From assembly GCF_037042905.1 (NCBI RefSeq), contig NC_087245.1, positions 28,894,001 to 28,958,000 on the forward strand: DNA of 64,000 nt, written 5' to 3'. A program made the position numbers and the translations under genes. The notes beneath the pieces were generated by a model. That model did not search any database. It was not told the origin of the DNA and worked only from the letters and a program-made list of their open reading frames with translations. This document shows positions 21,768-35,995 of this stretch, in pieces. Within the stretch, counting starts at the first letter, position 1. Every line of letters starts with the position of its first letter. This DNA comes from Lytechinus pictus (taxonomy: Eukaryota).

Positions 21768-23495
21768 GTAACTATAGACCGATAGCTTTATTACCTACTT
21801 TGTCTAAAGTTATGGAAAGGGTGATCTACATAAGATTATTAAATTTTTTGAATAAATATAATATAATCTCTGATTTTCAATTCGGATTTCGCCAAAAACA
21901 TAGTACATCTCATGCCACTCTCTCATTTATTGACAAAATCACAAAAGCTATTGACAACTTTGAACATACAATAGGTGTTTTTCTGGACCTCTCCAAGGCC
22001 TTTGACACTATAAATCATGAAATACTGCTCTACAAACTTGAAAATTACGGAGTTCGTGGGAAGGCCTTGGAGTGGTTCAGAAACTACCTCGTAAATCGTA
22101 AACAATTCGTAAGCATAAATGAACAAAATTCTTCTCTACAAAATGTTAACTGGGGTGTTCCCCAAGGCAGCCTCCTGGGCCCTCTTTTATTTATAATCTA
22201 TATAAATGACATCCAGAACTCCTCTGAAATATTATCTTATGTCCTTTTTGCAGATGATTCAAATGTACTATACTCTCATCCTAACCCCGATATTTTAATA
22301 AATGTACTGAACACTGAACTGGATAAATTGATAAATGGATTAGGGCTAACAAATTGTCAATTAATGTACAAAAAACGAAATGCATGCTTTTTAGCAATTC
22401 TTTAGAACAATTGCCATTTAATATCAAATTGGACAACTACAACAAAATTTTTAGGTCTCATAATAGACAACAAATTATCTTGGAAAACACACATTGACTT
22501 TATATGTCGTACAATTTCACGCAATATTGGTGTTATCAACAAAGTTAAGTTTTTTCTTCCAACTTCCTCCCTAAAAATGCTTTATTCAACATTGATTTTA
22601 CCATATTTAAATTATGGAGCAATTGTTTGGGGAAATACACACTCAACCTACCTTGATAGAATATTACTTTTACAAAAGAAGGCATTGCGTGTTATTTTCA
22701 ACTTGTCCTGGAGATCTCACATAGATGAGTTGTTTTTTAAAAATAACATTCTAAAAATAAAAACACTGTACCAATATAACTTAGGTCAATTTATGTATCA
22801 GCTAAACAATAATATGTTACCATTCATATTTAATTCTTCATTTAACAAAAACAAAACTCTTCACAAATATCCCACACGTCAATCAGATGAATTCCATTTA
22901 CCACTACCCCGGACCATCCTTGCAAAATCTATTTTTACTTTTGAAGGCTCTAGACTCTGGGGAACTATTAATAAAAACATCAAAGAATCACCTAGCCTTA
23001 ATTCTTTCAAATATAAGTTCAAAAAATTTCTCCAAGATAACCATTGAATTCAACTCTTCATCACTCAAACTCTTGTATTTTTTTTAAAAATCAAACATGA
23101 TTATCATGTCACGTACGCTTTTCCATCTCTTTCGTTTTCCTGTTGATCAACGAGGTCCGTCTGTGAGTGCTGGGGCTGGATTCTGGAGACCTTTAATCTC
23201 TCTTTTTCTTATTTCCTTTTCTATTTTAATTTCCCCTATTTCCTTTTAATTTAACTGGTTCATGCTCAAGTTGTTATTTTGATTTTTATATGCTATGCAA
23301 CTACAAGAATATTTATTAGGAGGCTGCACTCTACAAGCTCCGCTTTTTAGCAGCCTCCTCCATTTCCAACCTGATATGTAATAATCTTGAATATAATTTT
23401 TGTAAAGGAATACTTGAAATATGTTTTGTTATTTATATGTTAAAATGTACAAAATAAATTGTTGAAAATGGAAATAAACGAAATGAAATGAAAAA
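21768..23495 (+). mobile_element. 5'-truncated Crack/L2-like non-LTR retrotransposon (RT, C-terminal region, 3' UTR)
   Basis: NYRPIALLPTLSKVMER, QFGFR, FLDLSKAFDTINH, GVPQGSLLGPLLF and LFADD; frameshift at ~22330; ends aataaa-(gaaat)n. Confidence 0.9.
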
Positions 23496-23536
23496 TATAA
23501 TACATATTTATTTATTTATATTTAAATCTATATATA

Positions 23537-24903
23537 CAGTGCGTATCAAAAAAACGGGACATATTTGAAAAGTCTATAAAATTTTTGTTTCAAATTATGA
23601 TCTCTATATTTTGGTGTCAATAGGTGCTCTGAAGTCCTATCCTTCAAATACCATTAAAATAATTTAGTTTCGTTCATGCTTGAGCAAACACGGATTGTTT
23701 TTGTCTGGGGTTAAAAAGGAGGCTTGCGCCAAAATGGCATAAAATGATAAATATGATGGTTGGACTTCTTGCTAATCAGCAGACTTCCTCTTAACCTTTT
23801 CATTATCTTTGCCATAATTTTCGAATTATGCGGTCAAATTCATTTCCAAATCTACTTATTTACTTGAATTGTTCTGTTCCTTTTTAATATGTTCTCTTTT
23901 AGCTTTGAATATTCCTGGCTTCTTTAGGCAAGAACAAATTTTTTCAAACCGAAGTATGGGAGAGCGTGTTTTTTTCCCTTCAAATCCTTTGACTGTGTGC
24001 TACAGAGGTTATGGTTCCTTTGAACAGTGGCATACTGATGGGTGGGGGCTTGGGGTGTCCCCCCCCCCCCCCCCCCCCCCCGATAGAAAAAAAAATCATG
24101 ACCAAGAAAAAAAAGTGGAAAGGAAACTAACAGAAAACATAGAAAGTGAAATATGATATCATTTTCTGAATATTATGTCAAAATCACACAATTTTATATT
24201 TTAATAAAGAAAGTAGAAAATTTTTGCTTGATGGCTTCACAACTTTTCAATACATTTTACCCGATCTGCCATATCTTGCTCCCTCAAAATTGACTCAATA
24301 CACCATTGCCGTTAAAAGACATGAATCCTTTCTTGTTTGTCCTGTCAAGCACATAAACTTGGTGAAGGATTCAATAACCCCTTGAAGATAGGATTCATGT
24401 CTTTTATAGGTACCATAACATAATTTGTTTCACATAATAAAAGAATTTTAATAATTACATATTCTCTCAATTAATAATGCAAATCTTCTTACTTGGATTG
24501 AAGAAAAGTCTCCTTTTCTTGCTTCTGAATGAAAATTCAAAGATAAAAGAAGTTTAAATGAAAAACTAAATAATTCAGGTAAATAAATAAATTTGTAAAC
24601 GAAATTTGACAGCATAATTCGAAAAGTATAGCAAAGACAATGAAAAGATTAAGATGAAGTCTGCTGATAAGCCAAAAGTCTAATCATCGAATGTCTCATT
24701 TCTGCCATTTTGGCGCAAGCCTTTTTTTGAACCCCCGACAAAAACGTCACATGTTCGCTCAAGCATGAACAAAATTTATTTTTTTAAATGGCATTTCAAA
24801 GATAACATCTCAGAGCATCTATTAACATCAAAACATAGATATAATAATTTGAAACAAATTTTTTATAGACTTCAAATCTGTCCCTTTTATTTTATACGCA
24901 CTG
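23537..24903. mobile_element. Tc1/mariner-type MITE with ~300-bp TIRs and TA TSD (related right end at 36600-36929)
   Basis: ta|cagtgcgtatcaaaaaaacgggaca ... tttatacgcactg|ta. Confidence 0.8.
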
Positions 24904-25169
24904 TATATGTGTGTCGGGGGTGTGCGTGCGTGTGATATTGGAAGATGCTTCATTATTTTGTAAGAAAAAAATTGCAGATAAAATCATACCTTGATATTTC
25001 ATGGATGTGAATGACCGATATTAGCACACACATAAACATGATAAGATGCCAGTCTATTTCAGCCTATAACTATGACAAGCCATCTCTGTCATACTTATAA
25101 AAGGCTGACAGAGAGGAAACTGGGGATCAAAGCGAGGTTATTCCATCTTTAGCCATAAATCTTTCAATC

Positions 25170-25425
25170 AGAGGGACGTGAGTTCGAATCCCATTCATCG
25201 CGTGTTTTCCTTCAGCAAGAAATTTACCCACATTGTGCTGCACTCGACCCAGGCGAGCTGAATGGATTCCCGGTAGGATTAATTCCTTGAATGCTTTAGT
25301 ACCTATATGGCGGCCCAGCTACACCCGGGATAATAATATGATACCAAGTATTAAGCGCAGTAGAGTACTTCAATTATAGTAGCTGAGCTATATAAATGGA
25401 CCATATTTTTATTATTATTATTATA
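25170..25425 (+). mobile_element. tRNA-derived SINE, copy 1
   Basis: B box gttcgaatccc; body shared with 48920-49155; (tta)n tail. Confidence 0.75.
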
Positions 25426-25559
25426 AATTCTGAATACTTGTAAAAAAACACGCACACACACAAAGTATTCAAAATATCTTATTCAAATGTGCAATATATT
25501 TTTATGTAGTTCTAGTTTAGTGAGTTCTAAGAACTGATTTGTATTGTATAGATAATTTT

Positions 25560-27725
25560 CTAGTTTTTTTGGAGGACTAATTTCAAATAAGCATGTTTCT
25601 TTTGTGATGAGGATTAATTTGTAATTAGCATTAGTTTGTCGTGAGCACGTATTTGTGATATAGCATTACTCATTTGAGGTGAGCGCTTATTTGTAATTAG
25701 AATATTTATTTATGATGAGGACTAATTTTGAATGACGATTATAGTGTGTAGTGAGAATTAATTTGTAATTCTCATTTCTAGTTTGTGATGAGGACTAATT
25801 TGTAATGACGATTCTAGTTTGTGGTGAGGACTAATTTGTAATTAGCATTTCAAGTTTGTGATGAGTGCTAATTTGTAACTAGTATTTCTAGTTTGTCATG
25901 AGCGCTAATTTGTAATAAGCATTTCTAGTTTGTGATGAGGACAAATTTTTAAATTAGCATTTCTAGTTTGTGATGAGGACTAATTTGTAATTAGCATTTC
26001 TAGTTTGTGATGAGGACTAGTTTGTAATTGGCATTTCAAGTTTGTGATGAGGACTAATTTGTAATTATCATTTCTAGTTTGTGATGAGGACTAATTTTTA
26101 ATGACGATTCTGGTGTGTAGTGAGAATTAATTTGTAATTGGAATTTCTAGTTTGTGGTGAGGACTATATTGTAATTAGAATTTCAAGTTTGTGATAAGGA
26201 CTAATTTGTAATTAGTATTTCTACTTTATCGTGAGCACTAATTTGTATTTAGCATTTCTAGTTTGTGATGAGGACTAATTTGTAATTGCCATTTCAAGTT
26301 TGTGATGAGGACTAATTTGTAATTAGCATTTTTAGTTTGTGATGAGGACTAATTTGTAATTAGCATTTCTAGTTTGCGATGAGGACTAATTGGTAATAAG
26401 CATTTCTAGTTTGTGATGAGGACTAACTTGTAATTAGCCTTTCTAGTTTGTGAGAGGACTAATTTGTAATTGGCATTTCAAGTTTGTGATGAGGACTGAT
26501 TTGTAATTATCATTTTTAGTTTGTGATGAGGACTAATTTTGAATGACGATTCTAGTGTGTAGTGAGAATTAATTTGTAATTAGAATTTCTAGTTTGTGAT
26601 GAGCAGTAATTTGCGATTATCATTTCTAGTTTGTGATGAGGACTAATTTGTAATGACGATTCTAGTTTGTGGTGAGGACTAATTTGTAATTAGCATTTCA
26701 AGTTTGTGATGAGTGCTAATTTGTAACTAGTATTTCTAGTTTGTCATGAGCGCTAATTTGTAATAAGCATTTCTAGTTTGTGATGAGGATTAATTTGTAA
26801 TTAGTATTTCTAGTTTGTGATGAGGACTAATTTGTAATTAGCATTTCTAGTTTGTGATGAGGATTAATTTGTAATTAGTATTTCTAGTTTGTGATGAGGA
26901 CTAATTGGTAATAAGCATTTCAAGTTTATGATGAGAACTAATTTGTAATTAGTATTTCTAGTTTGTGATGAGCAGTAATTTGCAATTACCATTTCAAGTT
27001 TGTGATGAGGACTAATTTTTAATTAGAATTTCAAGTTTGTGATGAGTGCTAATTTGTAATTAGCATTTCTAGTTTATGGTGAGCGCTGATTTGTAATTAG
27101 CATTTCTAGTTTGTGATGAGGACTAATTTGTAATTAACATTTCTAGTTTGTGATGAGGACTAATTTGTAATTAGCATTTCTAGTTTGTGATGAGGATTAA
27201 TTTGTAATTAGCATTTCTAGTTTGTGACGAGGACAAATTTGTAATTAGCATTTCTGGTTTGTGATGAGGACTAATTGGTAATAAGCATTTCAAGTTTATG
27301 ATGAGAACTAATTTGTCATTAGTATTTCTAGTTTGTGATGAGCAGTAATTTGCAATTATCATTTCTAGTTTGTGGTGAGGACTAATTTGTAATTAGAATT
27401 TCAAGTTTGTGATGAGTGCTAATTTGTAACTAGTATTTCTAGTTTATCGTGAGCGCTAATTTGTAATTAGCATTTCTAGTTTGTGATGAGGACTAATTTG
27501 TAATTAGCATTTCTAGTTTGTGATGAGGATTAATTTGTTATTAGTATTTCTAGTTTGTGATGAGCAATAATTTTCAATTATTATTTCTAGTTTGTGATGA
27601 GGATTAATTAGTAATTAGCATTTCTAGTTTGTGATGAGGATTAATTTGTAATTAGTGTTTCTAGTTTGTGATGTGCACTAATTTGCAATTATCATTTTCA
27701 GTTTGTTGTAAGCACTAATTTGCAT
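25560..27725. repeat. 37-bp tandem satellite (~58 units); remnants resume at 32920-33020 and 33401-33470
   Basis: Unit tttctagtttgtgatgaggactaatttgtaattagca; period 37 (e.g. 26012, 26049, 26086). Confidence 0.95.
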
Positions 27726-28689
27726 AGGAGAGCAAGACTATAGGTGCCGCTTTTTCGATGGAGACGGCGACGTCGTCAACATTGAAATCTTTATGAAGGG
27801 TAGGTTTCGAAATGTCATCATAACTTACAAAGTATAGGGACCTAGTTCATGAAACTTATAGTCCAGTCAATCTAGCCAGAATAGGGGGGTAACCCACCAC
27901 TAATTGCAACACGAGATATTCCACTGAAATGCTTTCCAGGAAGGTCCCCTAAACAACATACTAAAAGTCCCAAAAAATCCAAGCAGTGGAAATTTATGAA
28001 ATTTGCATATTATGCAAATTAGCCATGAAAAATTAGCAAAAGAAGGGAAACAATCCAAAGATTACTAATTAAATGTCCAAAACAATTTAATTTGAATGGA
28101 AAATCATGATAAATTACCGAATTCAATGTTTTTAATCAAAAGTGCACAAATTTCTACCTCATTTACATATTATGCAAATATTAAGCATCCTTATATGGAA
28201 AAAATGTCAAGATATTGTGATTTTTATCATATAGACTACTTGAAAACATTTCATTAATGTTGACATTAAATATGCTACTATATCACTAAGCATGAGAATT
28301 CATCCCAATGCCTGAAAATTAATTTGCATATTATGCAAATTAGCCATTTAAAAAATAGAAAATGAGGAATTTAATCCAAAGATTACAAATTAAATGTCCA
28401 CAGCAAGTAATTCTGAACAAAAGTTCATGATGAATAAATAAGTTCAATGTCTTTATTTAAAAAAGCTAGCAAATCTGCCTCATTTGCATATTATGCAAAT
28501 AAGTATCCTTATATGGAAAATGTCAAGAAATCTTGATTTTTATCACATTGACTGCAGTGAAAACATTTCAGTTTTTCAAATGAATATGCTGCTATCACTA
28601 AGCATCCAAATCTATCCTAATATGATTTATATTCAAGGAAAAATACTGGAAATATGTTCTTCGCTTCCTAAGCGTTAGTCTGACAAGAT

Positions 28690-29500
28690 GATGGGATTGG
28701 CAAGAACAAAGCACATTATTTGTATTGGTGTGTAGTTTGTTAGAGTTGACAACCCTTTCTTGTATGGATGGGAATGACTTAGACTTTCTTGAAATTTCAC
28801 CGCATAAACATGATAAAGGGAGGCCAGGAAAAGCAAACTTATGGCAGGTAAGATCTGATGAGTAGTCTCATTAAGAAGTGCAGCAGAGATTCCATCTGGC
28901 CTAGTAGCTTCATGTAGGTTGTTTTCTTTAACAATTTCTTCAGTAGTCTGGCTACACCTGCTTGACTAAACAATATGTTATCTGGCCATATCTGGGTCAG
29001 GACTGGGTCCTAGGACTTCAGCGTCATCATCACCATGATCAGTGGTAAATACTAAGACTAAAAATATTTGCCTTCCTTTAATAATGATATTCCAATGTAG
29101 TCATAGCATTTGATATCAAGGGCTCCCAACATGCTAATTGTTACAGCCGGGATCATTGTCAATCCGGTCAACAAATTATGTATTATAGGCTTGTCTACAA
29201 ACCATATTATGGTCCTCTTTAATGCATTGTAGCAATTCTGAGCTTTACCTTACTGATGCTTTTGGAGCTCTAAAATGTGCAAGCCTTCCTAGCCTTTCTC
29301 TAAAACTCTTGACACCTTCCGACACAACTTATGTCCATTGTCTCATTGAGGCAACTTGTGTCGGAAGAAGACATGGTTAACGGTGTGTTCTTGTTAAAGT
29401 CCTCTTGATTGGCATTCAGTCTCCTATGCTCGACTTGTCGGATTTCAGTACAGAGAGTTGTATGATTGTCCAAAGTACATCTGCATGACACTATTAAAGT
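28690..29500 (-). mobile_element. Highly decayed LINE fragment (region preceding RT)
   Basis: Minus-strand remnants ATRPDGISAALLNET and VIPIHTRKG...NYTPI resemble the LINE motifs GPDGI..LLKE and V.PI.KKG...NYRPI. Confidence 0.6.
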
Positions 29501-29865
29501 CAGCATTCCTCCAGAAGAACATCCTTATAAGTAGGACACGCCCACTTTTTCACATACCTCTTAAATATAACTTTCATATTTTACGAAATAAACATGTCAT
29601 GTTTGGTATTAAATTAAAGCTAATGAAAAATCAAATGCAAATATATGGATCACTAGGCAAAAACATTACGCGTATGACAGTTAAAGGTCATTTGAATCAC
29701 AAGGCATTTTGATTGAGTTCAGACCAATTAAATTTCATTTAAGGTCATGAAAGTTCAGGTTAGGTCACAAAAATTAATGGAAACAATGCAACAACATGTA
29801 GTGCGGACTATCTCATGTTTGGAATACAAACTATTTTAGCATTAAATTTAGTTTTGGCTGATAGT

Positions 29866-32058
29866 TATGTTTAGGATGTGTATATTAAGAATCTGACAGG
29901 TGCAACGTCATTTTGTGACGTCATAATCCACACCATCCTTTTCACATACACTAGTTCAACCTCTTAATTATGATTTATCTCTTATCTAGTGTACGGAATA
30001 AACATATCATGTGGTATGAAACTAACGCTTATGGAAAATGGAATGTACATTTATACAAAAATAAAACACATGCCAAGGTCACCTTTAGGTCATTTACGCT
30101 CATGAAAAGTCTAATGAAGGCGGGAGTTTATCAGTACTTAAAAAGTGTAACATTTTTATATCAAATCAATGCATGTGATTCCAAATAATCTACACAAGTG
30201 TAATATTTTACACCATATCCTGTTATATTCCTCTCTCAACTGTCCTCTGTCCCATTCCTCTTCGACCAGATGCTCGTCGGATTCCCCTTCCTCAACAATC
30301 TCGACTGCATGTCTCTAGCTGCTTTAGATGTATACTTCTTTTCACACTGACAGTATGAATTGTGAAATATATGATTCGACGGCCTCATAGAACAGGGTGA
30401 CACTTCTTCCATCGACAAGCAAGTTAATTCATGGGGAGCAACCACTGTGTCATGAACAAGTACGGACAGGCCTTATGTCCTGTTCCACGTACTATCAGTT
30501 ATCTTCTGAAAATGTCATGGGATTAGAAGCATATATAATTTTTCTCTGACAACACTGACAATTTTGTTCTACCAGACTGTTCTTCTTTTAGGATTTACAA
30601 GTCTTCTGCATACTGATGAAAAAGTGATCGATATTAAAGTTATGGTATTGAATAAGGCTTAGTATTGAAACTATGAAAAAAAGCTGGCTGTGCACAGAGA
30701 ATATTAGGTTGGGATACCATGTCAATTTGGCAAGGGTCAGACTTCCACTGTGAACTTGCTTAATCCTCTTCCAGTCTGATTTCAATCTACATTGCATGTT
30801 AAGTTATACTTGTGTTTAGAATGGGACAATATTTACATACGATACACCAAAGTGGCAAACGCTACCCCTAGAATGTGCATATGGTGGCCCCGATATTAAT
30901 CCACATGGAACAAGCCCTGATAATTCCATGATGGGAGTATCCACTGTGCTATGAACAGGTACAGGAATGTCCTCTTAACTTATACTTCCATCCATACCTG
31001 AAAGGGAAGTTGCAGGGGAGTCTTTCGGACTCTCTCCAGATAAAGATCCTGAAGAAGAGCACATTTGACACCGTGGCTCTTTTGCTGACTTCTTAGTTGG
31101 GGTAGGCTGTTAATCTTTACATTTATTATTAGTTAAGAAAGAGATAAAGTATAAATACTACTGCTTTAATTGATCCTGATTCCTGTCCACTTCTTCTCCA
31201 TCAGGCTCTCTATAGTAAGAAGTAAGTTCAGAGTGGAAGTCTGTCCCTTGCCAAATTAACACAACATGGTATCCCAACCTAATTAAAGGAATTGTCTGTG
31301 CACAGCCAGCTTTTTTCTCCTAGTTTCAATACCATACCCTTATTAATATCGATTACCTTTTCATCAGTATGCAGAAGACTTGTAAACCCCAAAAGGAGAA
31401 CAGTCTGGTATAACAAAAATATCAGTGTCGTCAGAGAAAAATTATATATGCTGCTACTCCCATGACATCTTCAGAAGATAACTGATAGTACGTGGAACAG
31501 GACATTAGGCCTACCCGTACCTGTTTATGACACAGTGGTTGCTCCCCATAAATTACAAGAACTTACTTTTCGATGCCAGTCATAATGCATATTGCAAGTG
31601 TGAAACGAATTATACAGCTAAGTCGAGATTGCTGATCGAAGAGGAAAGAGACAAAGGAAAGTTGAGAGAGGAATATAACGGGACATGTTCTTAATGTTAC
31701 ATTTGTGTAGATTATTTGGAATCACATGGATTGATTTGATACAAAAATTTTACACTTTTTAAAGTATTGATAAACTCCCGCGTTCAGTTGACCTTTCATG
31801 AGCGTAAACGGCCTAAGGTGACCTTGGCATGTTATTATTTTTGTGTACATGTACATTCCATTTTCCATATAAGCTTCAATATGATACAGAACATTATATG
31901 TGTATTCCATACACTAGACAAGAGATAAGTCATCATTAGGAGGTTGACCTACATGTATGTGAAAAGGATGGTGTGGTTTATGACGTCAGAAAATGACGTT
32001 GACCCAAGTGTATCAAAGTGGCCCTTGTCAGATTCTTAATATACACATCCTCAACATA
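29866..32058. repeat. Long diverged inverted repeat (arms ~29866-30750 and ~31232-32058, spacer ~480 bp)
   Basis: For example ggatgtgtatattaagaatctgaca vs tgtcagattcttaatatacacatcc, and ttggcaagggtcagacttccact vs agtggaagtctgtcccttgccaa. Confidence 0.85.
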
Positions 32059-33023
32059 CTAGAAACCTAAAGCCCAAGTATTACTAAACATCTTGCCTGA
32101 GTTTCAGGTCACATGACCAAGGTCAAAAGTCATTTAGGGTCATTGAACCAAGTTGGGGGAAATTAATATCGAAATCTTCACCAAGGTTATTTTTTTTAAA
32201 TGTCAGAACTTCGAATGTATATGGACCTAGTATCGCTTAAGATCCTGCCTGAGTTTCAGGTTATATGATTAAGGTCAAAGGTCACTTAGGGTCAACGAAC
32301 TTAGGTCATGTTGGGGTTATTTAAGGAATTGTCATCATAACTTTAAAAGTTAATGGATCTTGTTCATGAAACTTGGACATAAGAGCAACCGTGTATCCCT
32401 GAATATCATGTGCGGGTTTCAGGTCACATGACCAAGGTCAAAGGTCACATAGGGTCAACGAACTGTGACCATGTTGGGGGTACTTGATGAATTGTCATCA
32501 TAACTTTAAAAGTTTACGGATCTAGTTCATGAAACTTGGACATAAGAGCAGTAATGAATCCCTGAATACCCTGTGCGCGAAGTTCAGGAACATGGCCAAA
32601 ATCAAAGGTCATTTAACGGTCAATGAGCCGTTTTGGGAGTGTGTGTTGAATTGGCATCATAGCTTAGAAAGTTTGTGGATCCAGCTCATGAAACATCGAC
32701 ATAAGGGTAATCAAGTATGAATGATTGTTTTGCACATGTCTCAGGTCACATAACCATGGTTCATGGTCAAAGTTCATGTTGGGTCAATGGACATTATTTT
32801 TTATTATCATATTAGTGTTTTCTTCTGTGAATAATTATTAGTTGGCTTTTTTTAAAGGCAGCACTGTTGCTATATCGAATTGCGTAATGCAGGCGAGACT
32901 GTCGGAGGCGTTCCACTTGTTAGTTTGTAGTGAAGAGTAAGTTGCAATGAGCATTTCAAGTTTGTTTGAGCACTAATTTGTACTAAGCGTTTCTGGTTTG
33001 TGGTGAGTTGTAATGAGCATTAA

Positions 33024-33400
33024 AGTGATTGGTTAACATTGGTTTGACTTTTAAAAAATCTGAGCTAAAAGGTCACACTTGTCACCTGTGTCTGTGATAT
33101 GTTACAAAAATGAAGCCCAGAAAAATTGCGTTCGAAAATAATTATTCAGTGCTTCAAAAATTGAAATATAAAGTGACCGAAAACACCATCTTAATTTTAT
33201 CCCATACACTTATGTGTACTATTTAGGCGTCTATAAGACGCCTTTTTACAAAATCGGGGTTTGCCTTGTAGTTTTAGCTTTTCATTCTCAATAATGGTTG
33301 TTTTCAGGGTTTATTAGTTCTAATACATGCACTTGTACACATGTTTCATCTTGGTTTGAGAATTTTTTAAATCGGCTGCTCACAAAGTTAAGCAATACCT
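33024..33400 (-). mobile_element. TTAA-flanked MITE, copy 2
   Basis: Reverse complement of 9082-9454, with TTAA on both sides. Confidence 0.85.
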
Positions 33401-35995
33401 TTAATTCTTAGTTTTGAGCAATTTTGTAATTAGCATTTCTAATTTTTTGTAATAATTTTTAATTAGCTTTTGTTGTGTGTCGGGAGTAGAAATTTTTAAA
33501 TTTTTGATAACTTGTAATAGTCTTTTTTCCGTCTTTTTTCTCTTGATTTCTTCCTTCCATTCTTTCTTTCCTTTTTTTATTGCTTGAAAATGGATTGTGT
33601 AATGGTGTGGTTGATGGAACTGTAAACTAAAATGCACATACATGCAAACCCAAGAAAATTGGACAATGGCTGAAAATAGGGGCATTGCAAAGTAAACGTA
33701 TATGTGAAGACAGGCATATTTCGCCCCCCAAAAGACAACAATATTAATAATAATAATGAATAAATAAATGAATAATGAATTAATATATAAAAAAATCAAT
33801 CAATCAATAAATCAATAAATGAAAAGGGATGAACCGGTTGAAGTTTGATATCAGGACTGTCCCTAGGGTGAAATCGGTCCATTATAGGAACTATTATGGG
33901 TGGTACGGTATTTACATAAAAAAATAAAATACACGGGGAAAGAGATATGAAGTTGAAAATGAAAAAGGGGATTAAAGGGAAATAAGCATGGGTGTCGATT
34001 CCGGGGGAGGGGGGTTGGGGAATATATCCCAAAAAAATTTGGTGGGTTGGATGGCCTGTACAATCTTCCCCCAACAATATTTTGAGGGCGTGAAAAAAAA
34101 AACCAGTATAACTCCGGAAAAAAAATCGAAAAATTGACAACACAGAAATAAAAAAAAAAGTTCCCCAAATCAGTTTTTTCGGAAGTTGACAAGTATGTTT
34201 TAAAAACAATTAACGCTCTCATGTATGTGATAAGTTAACTTGCCGATATGGGGTAATGTCATGAGCCATGAATTAATGCATATGTTTACGTCCTCTCTCA
34301 TTTCGATGGTGAATAAAAGCAAAATTGTTTTTAATACAAAAATGCATTGTATATGTTTTTATTAATTTACTAGAAATTCCACAGGTTCCGAATATAGCTT
34401 CATCATTTTCGAATAACGTAATTTGTCCCTTTGCTCACTATCCTATAGTATAGTGAGATCAATCAAGTATGGCAGGGTGGGCGATGAAATCAATGGCCAA
34501 TGCAATTTATATCACTTTTCAACTAAAAAAATATACACTCTAGATTACAAGGGTTTGTAAAACTAAATCCATTACGGCTATGAATATTAATCAGTCGATG
34601 TTAGTTTTTAAAATTAATCCTTAAAGATTTAAATATTGATAAATTTGGATTTAAAAAATCAATCTATAAGAGTTATATTTGAATCTTAAAGGACTAATTT
34701 TGAACACTAATATATTGTGGCCTAGAAAGAGATTTTATTATGCTCTAAAATGCGATTTTCGCATGTAAATTTCTTAAAAAGTCCTTAGTATACCGTTGGA
34801 GAGATATACGCCCCTCCGACACACTCAGTCGCTTCGCTCCCTCGCCGGGACTCGGACACCAATCATCACAAGAAATCGACACCTAGTATGGAAATAAGAG
34901 TCTCGAACGTTAAAGCTAGTGAATAATCATGTCATCTGATTGGTTTAAAGCATTTTTTTTTACATATATCTGTCTATTTTGCTAAAGTACATGTAATTCT
35001 CATCATTTGATAGGTAAACTTTTCGATGATTTCCCACATCTTTAAAAAAAGTTTTTGTTCATTCCTGTAACATCCCGAGCGTTTACACTGATTTAATCGA
35101 ATAATTACATGTACGTAATTTATATTTGAGTTTTTTTGTATTTTCAGCTATAAGGTATGTGATATAATTTATTGTACACTGTTTACATTTCAAGCCACAT
35201 TTTACTTCATCGAATTACTATCTACTTGAAAGATTCTGCTCTTCAAACATCTTTTCTTATGCTTTATATGCAAATGTAACACCATTTCTGTCAGTGTTGA
35301 CATTTATTTGCACGGTGAAACAAATTAAAACAATATACATATATATACAGCGTTTTATACTGTGCGTTCATTTGTGCGTGTGCGTGTTTGAAATCGCCAA
35401 TTATGTCATGGGTAATACTACATGTGCATCCATGGGGATGGTGGGGTCAAAGGTCGTCTAAGGGTCAAAAGATTATATTTTACAATTGAATTATCGTGAA
35501 ATCAGGCGAGACTTATGGTTCGCAACCCACCTTGTTTTATTTAAATATGTTATCTTTTAGCATTAAATATTCTTTCATAAGTAAGAAAAAAAATTGTCAA
35601 CCTAAGCAAGGAGATATCCATTATTAATGGAAGAGCTTGTAATTTCCTTTTATTATGTGTAACAAAGGTTATGGTGTATTAAGACATGAATATTGTCAAG
35701 GGGACATTGATTCCTTGAACAAGTCAAATTGTGTGCTTGACAGAAAAAATGTTAATTCTAACAGAAGGATTTATGTCTTTCAAAGGCACCAAAACCTTAG
35801 CAGCCCACAATAAAAGGATTTGATCAAACGACAAGCTATCCCATCACTAATACCCTTACTATAATATCCTTACTATTGGACTGACAATTTCTTGTTTTTA
35901 CTTATGAAAAAACCATAAAGATATATACATCTTTATGGGGAAAAAACAATCATGCTAAAAGTTAACATATAGAAAACACAAACAAAACAATTTAA

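Larger units (their letters stand above)
27722..32920 (+). mobile_element. Helentron/HINE-like element split by a ~4.2-kb composite insertion (27859-~32070)
   Basis: The 3' end gcaggcgagactgtcggaggcgttccacttgtt is shared with copies at 39955-40235, 43633-43980 and ~45800-45975; internal ~163-bp repeats at 32075-32800. Confidence 0.6.

Noticed and set aside
21800..23047. RT ORFs as a functional partner of the Ig-GTPase gene (retron- or DGR-like system)
   Set aside because: This is an ordinary 5'-truncated, frameshifted LINE with a 3' tail; no template/variable repeat pair was seen.
25560..27725. 37-bp repeats as a CRISPR array
   Set aside because: Units are directly adjacent with no unique spacers, there are no cas genes, and the context is eukaryotic. 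It is a satellite.
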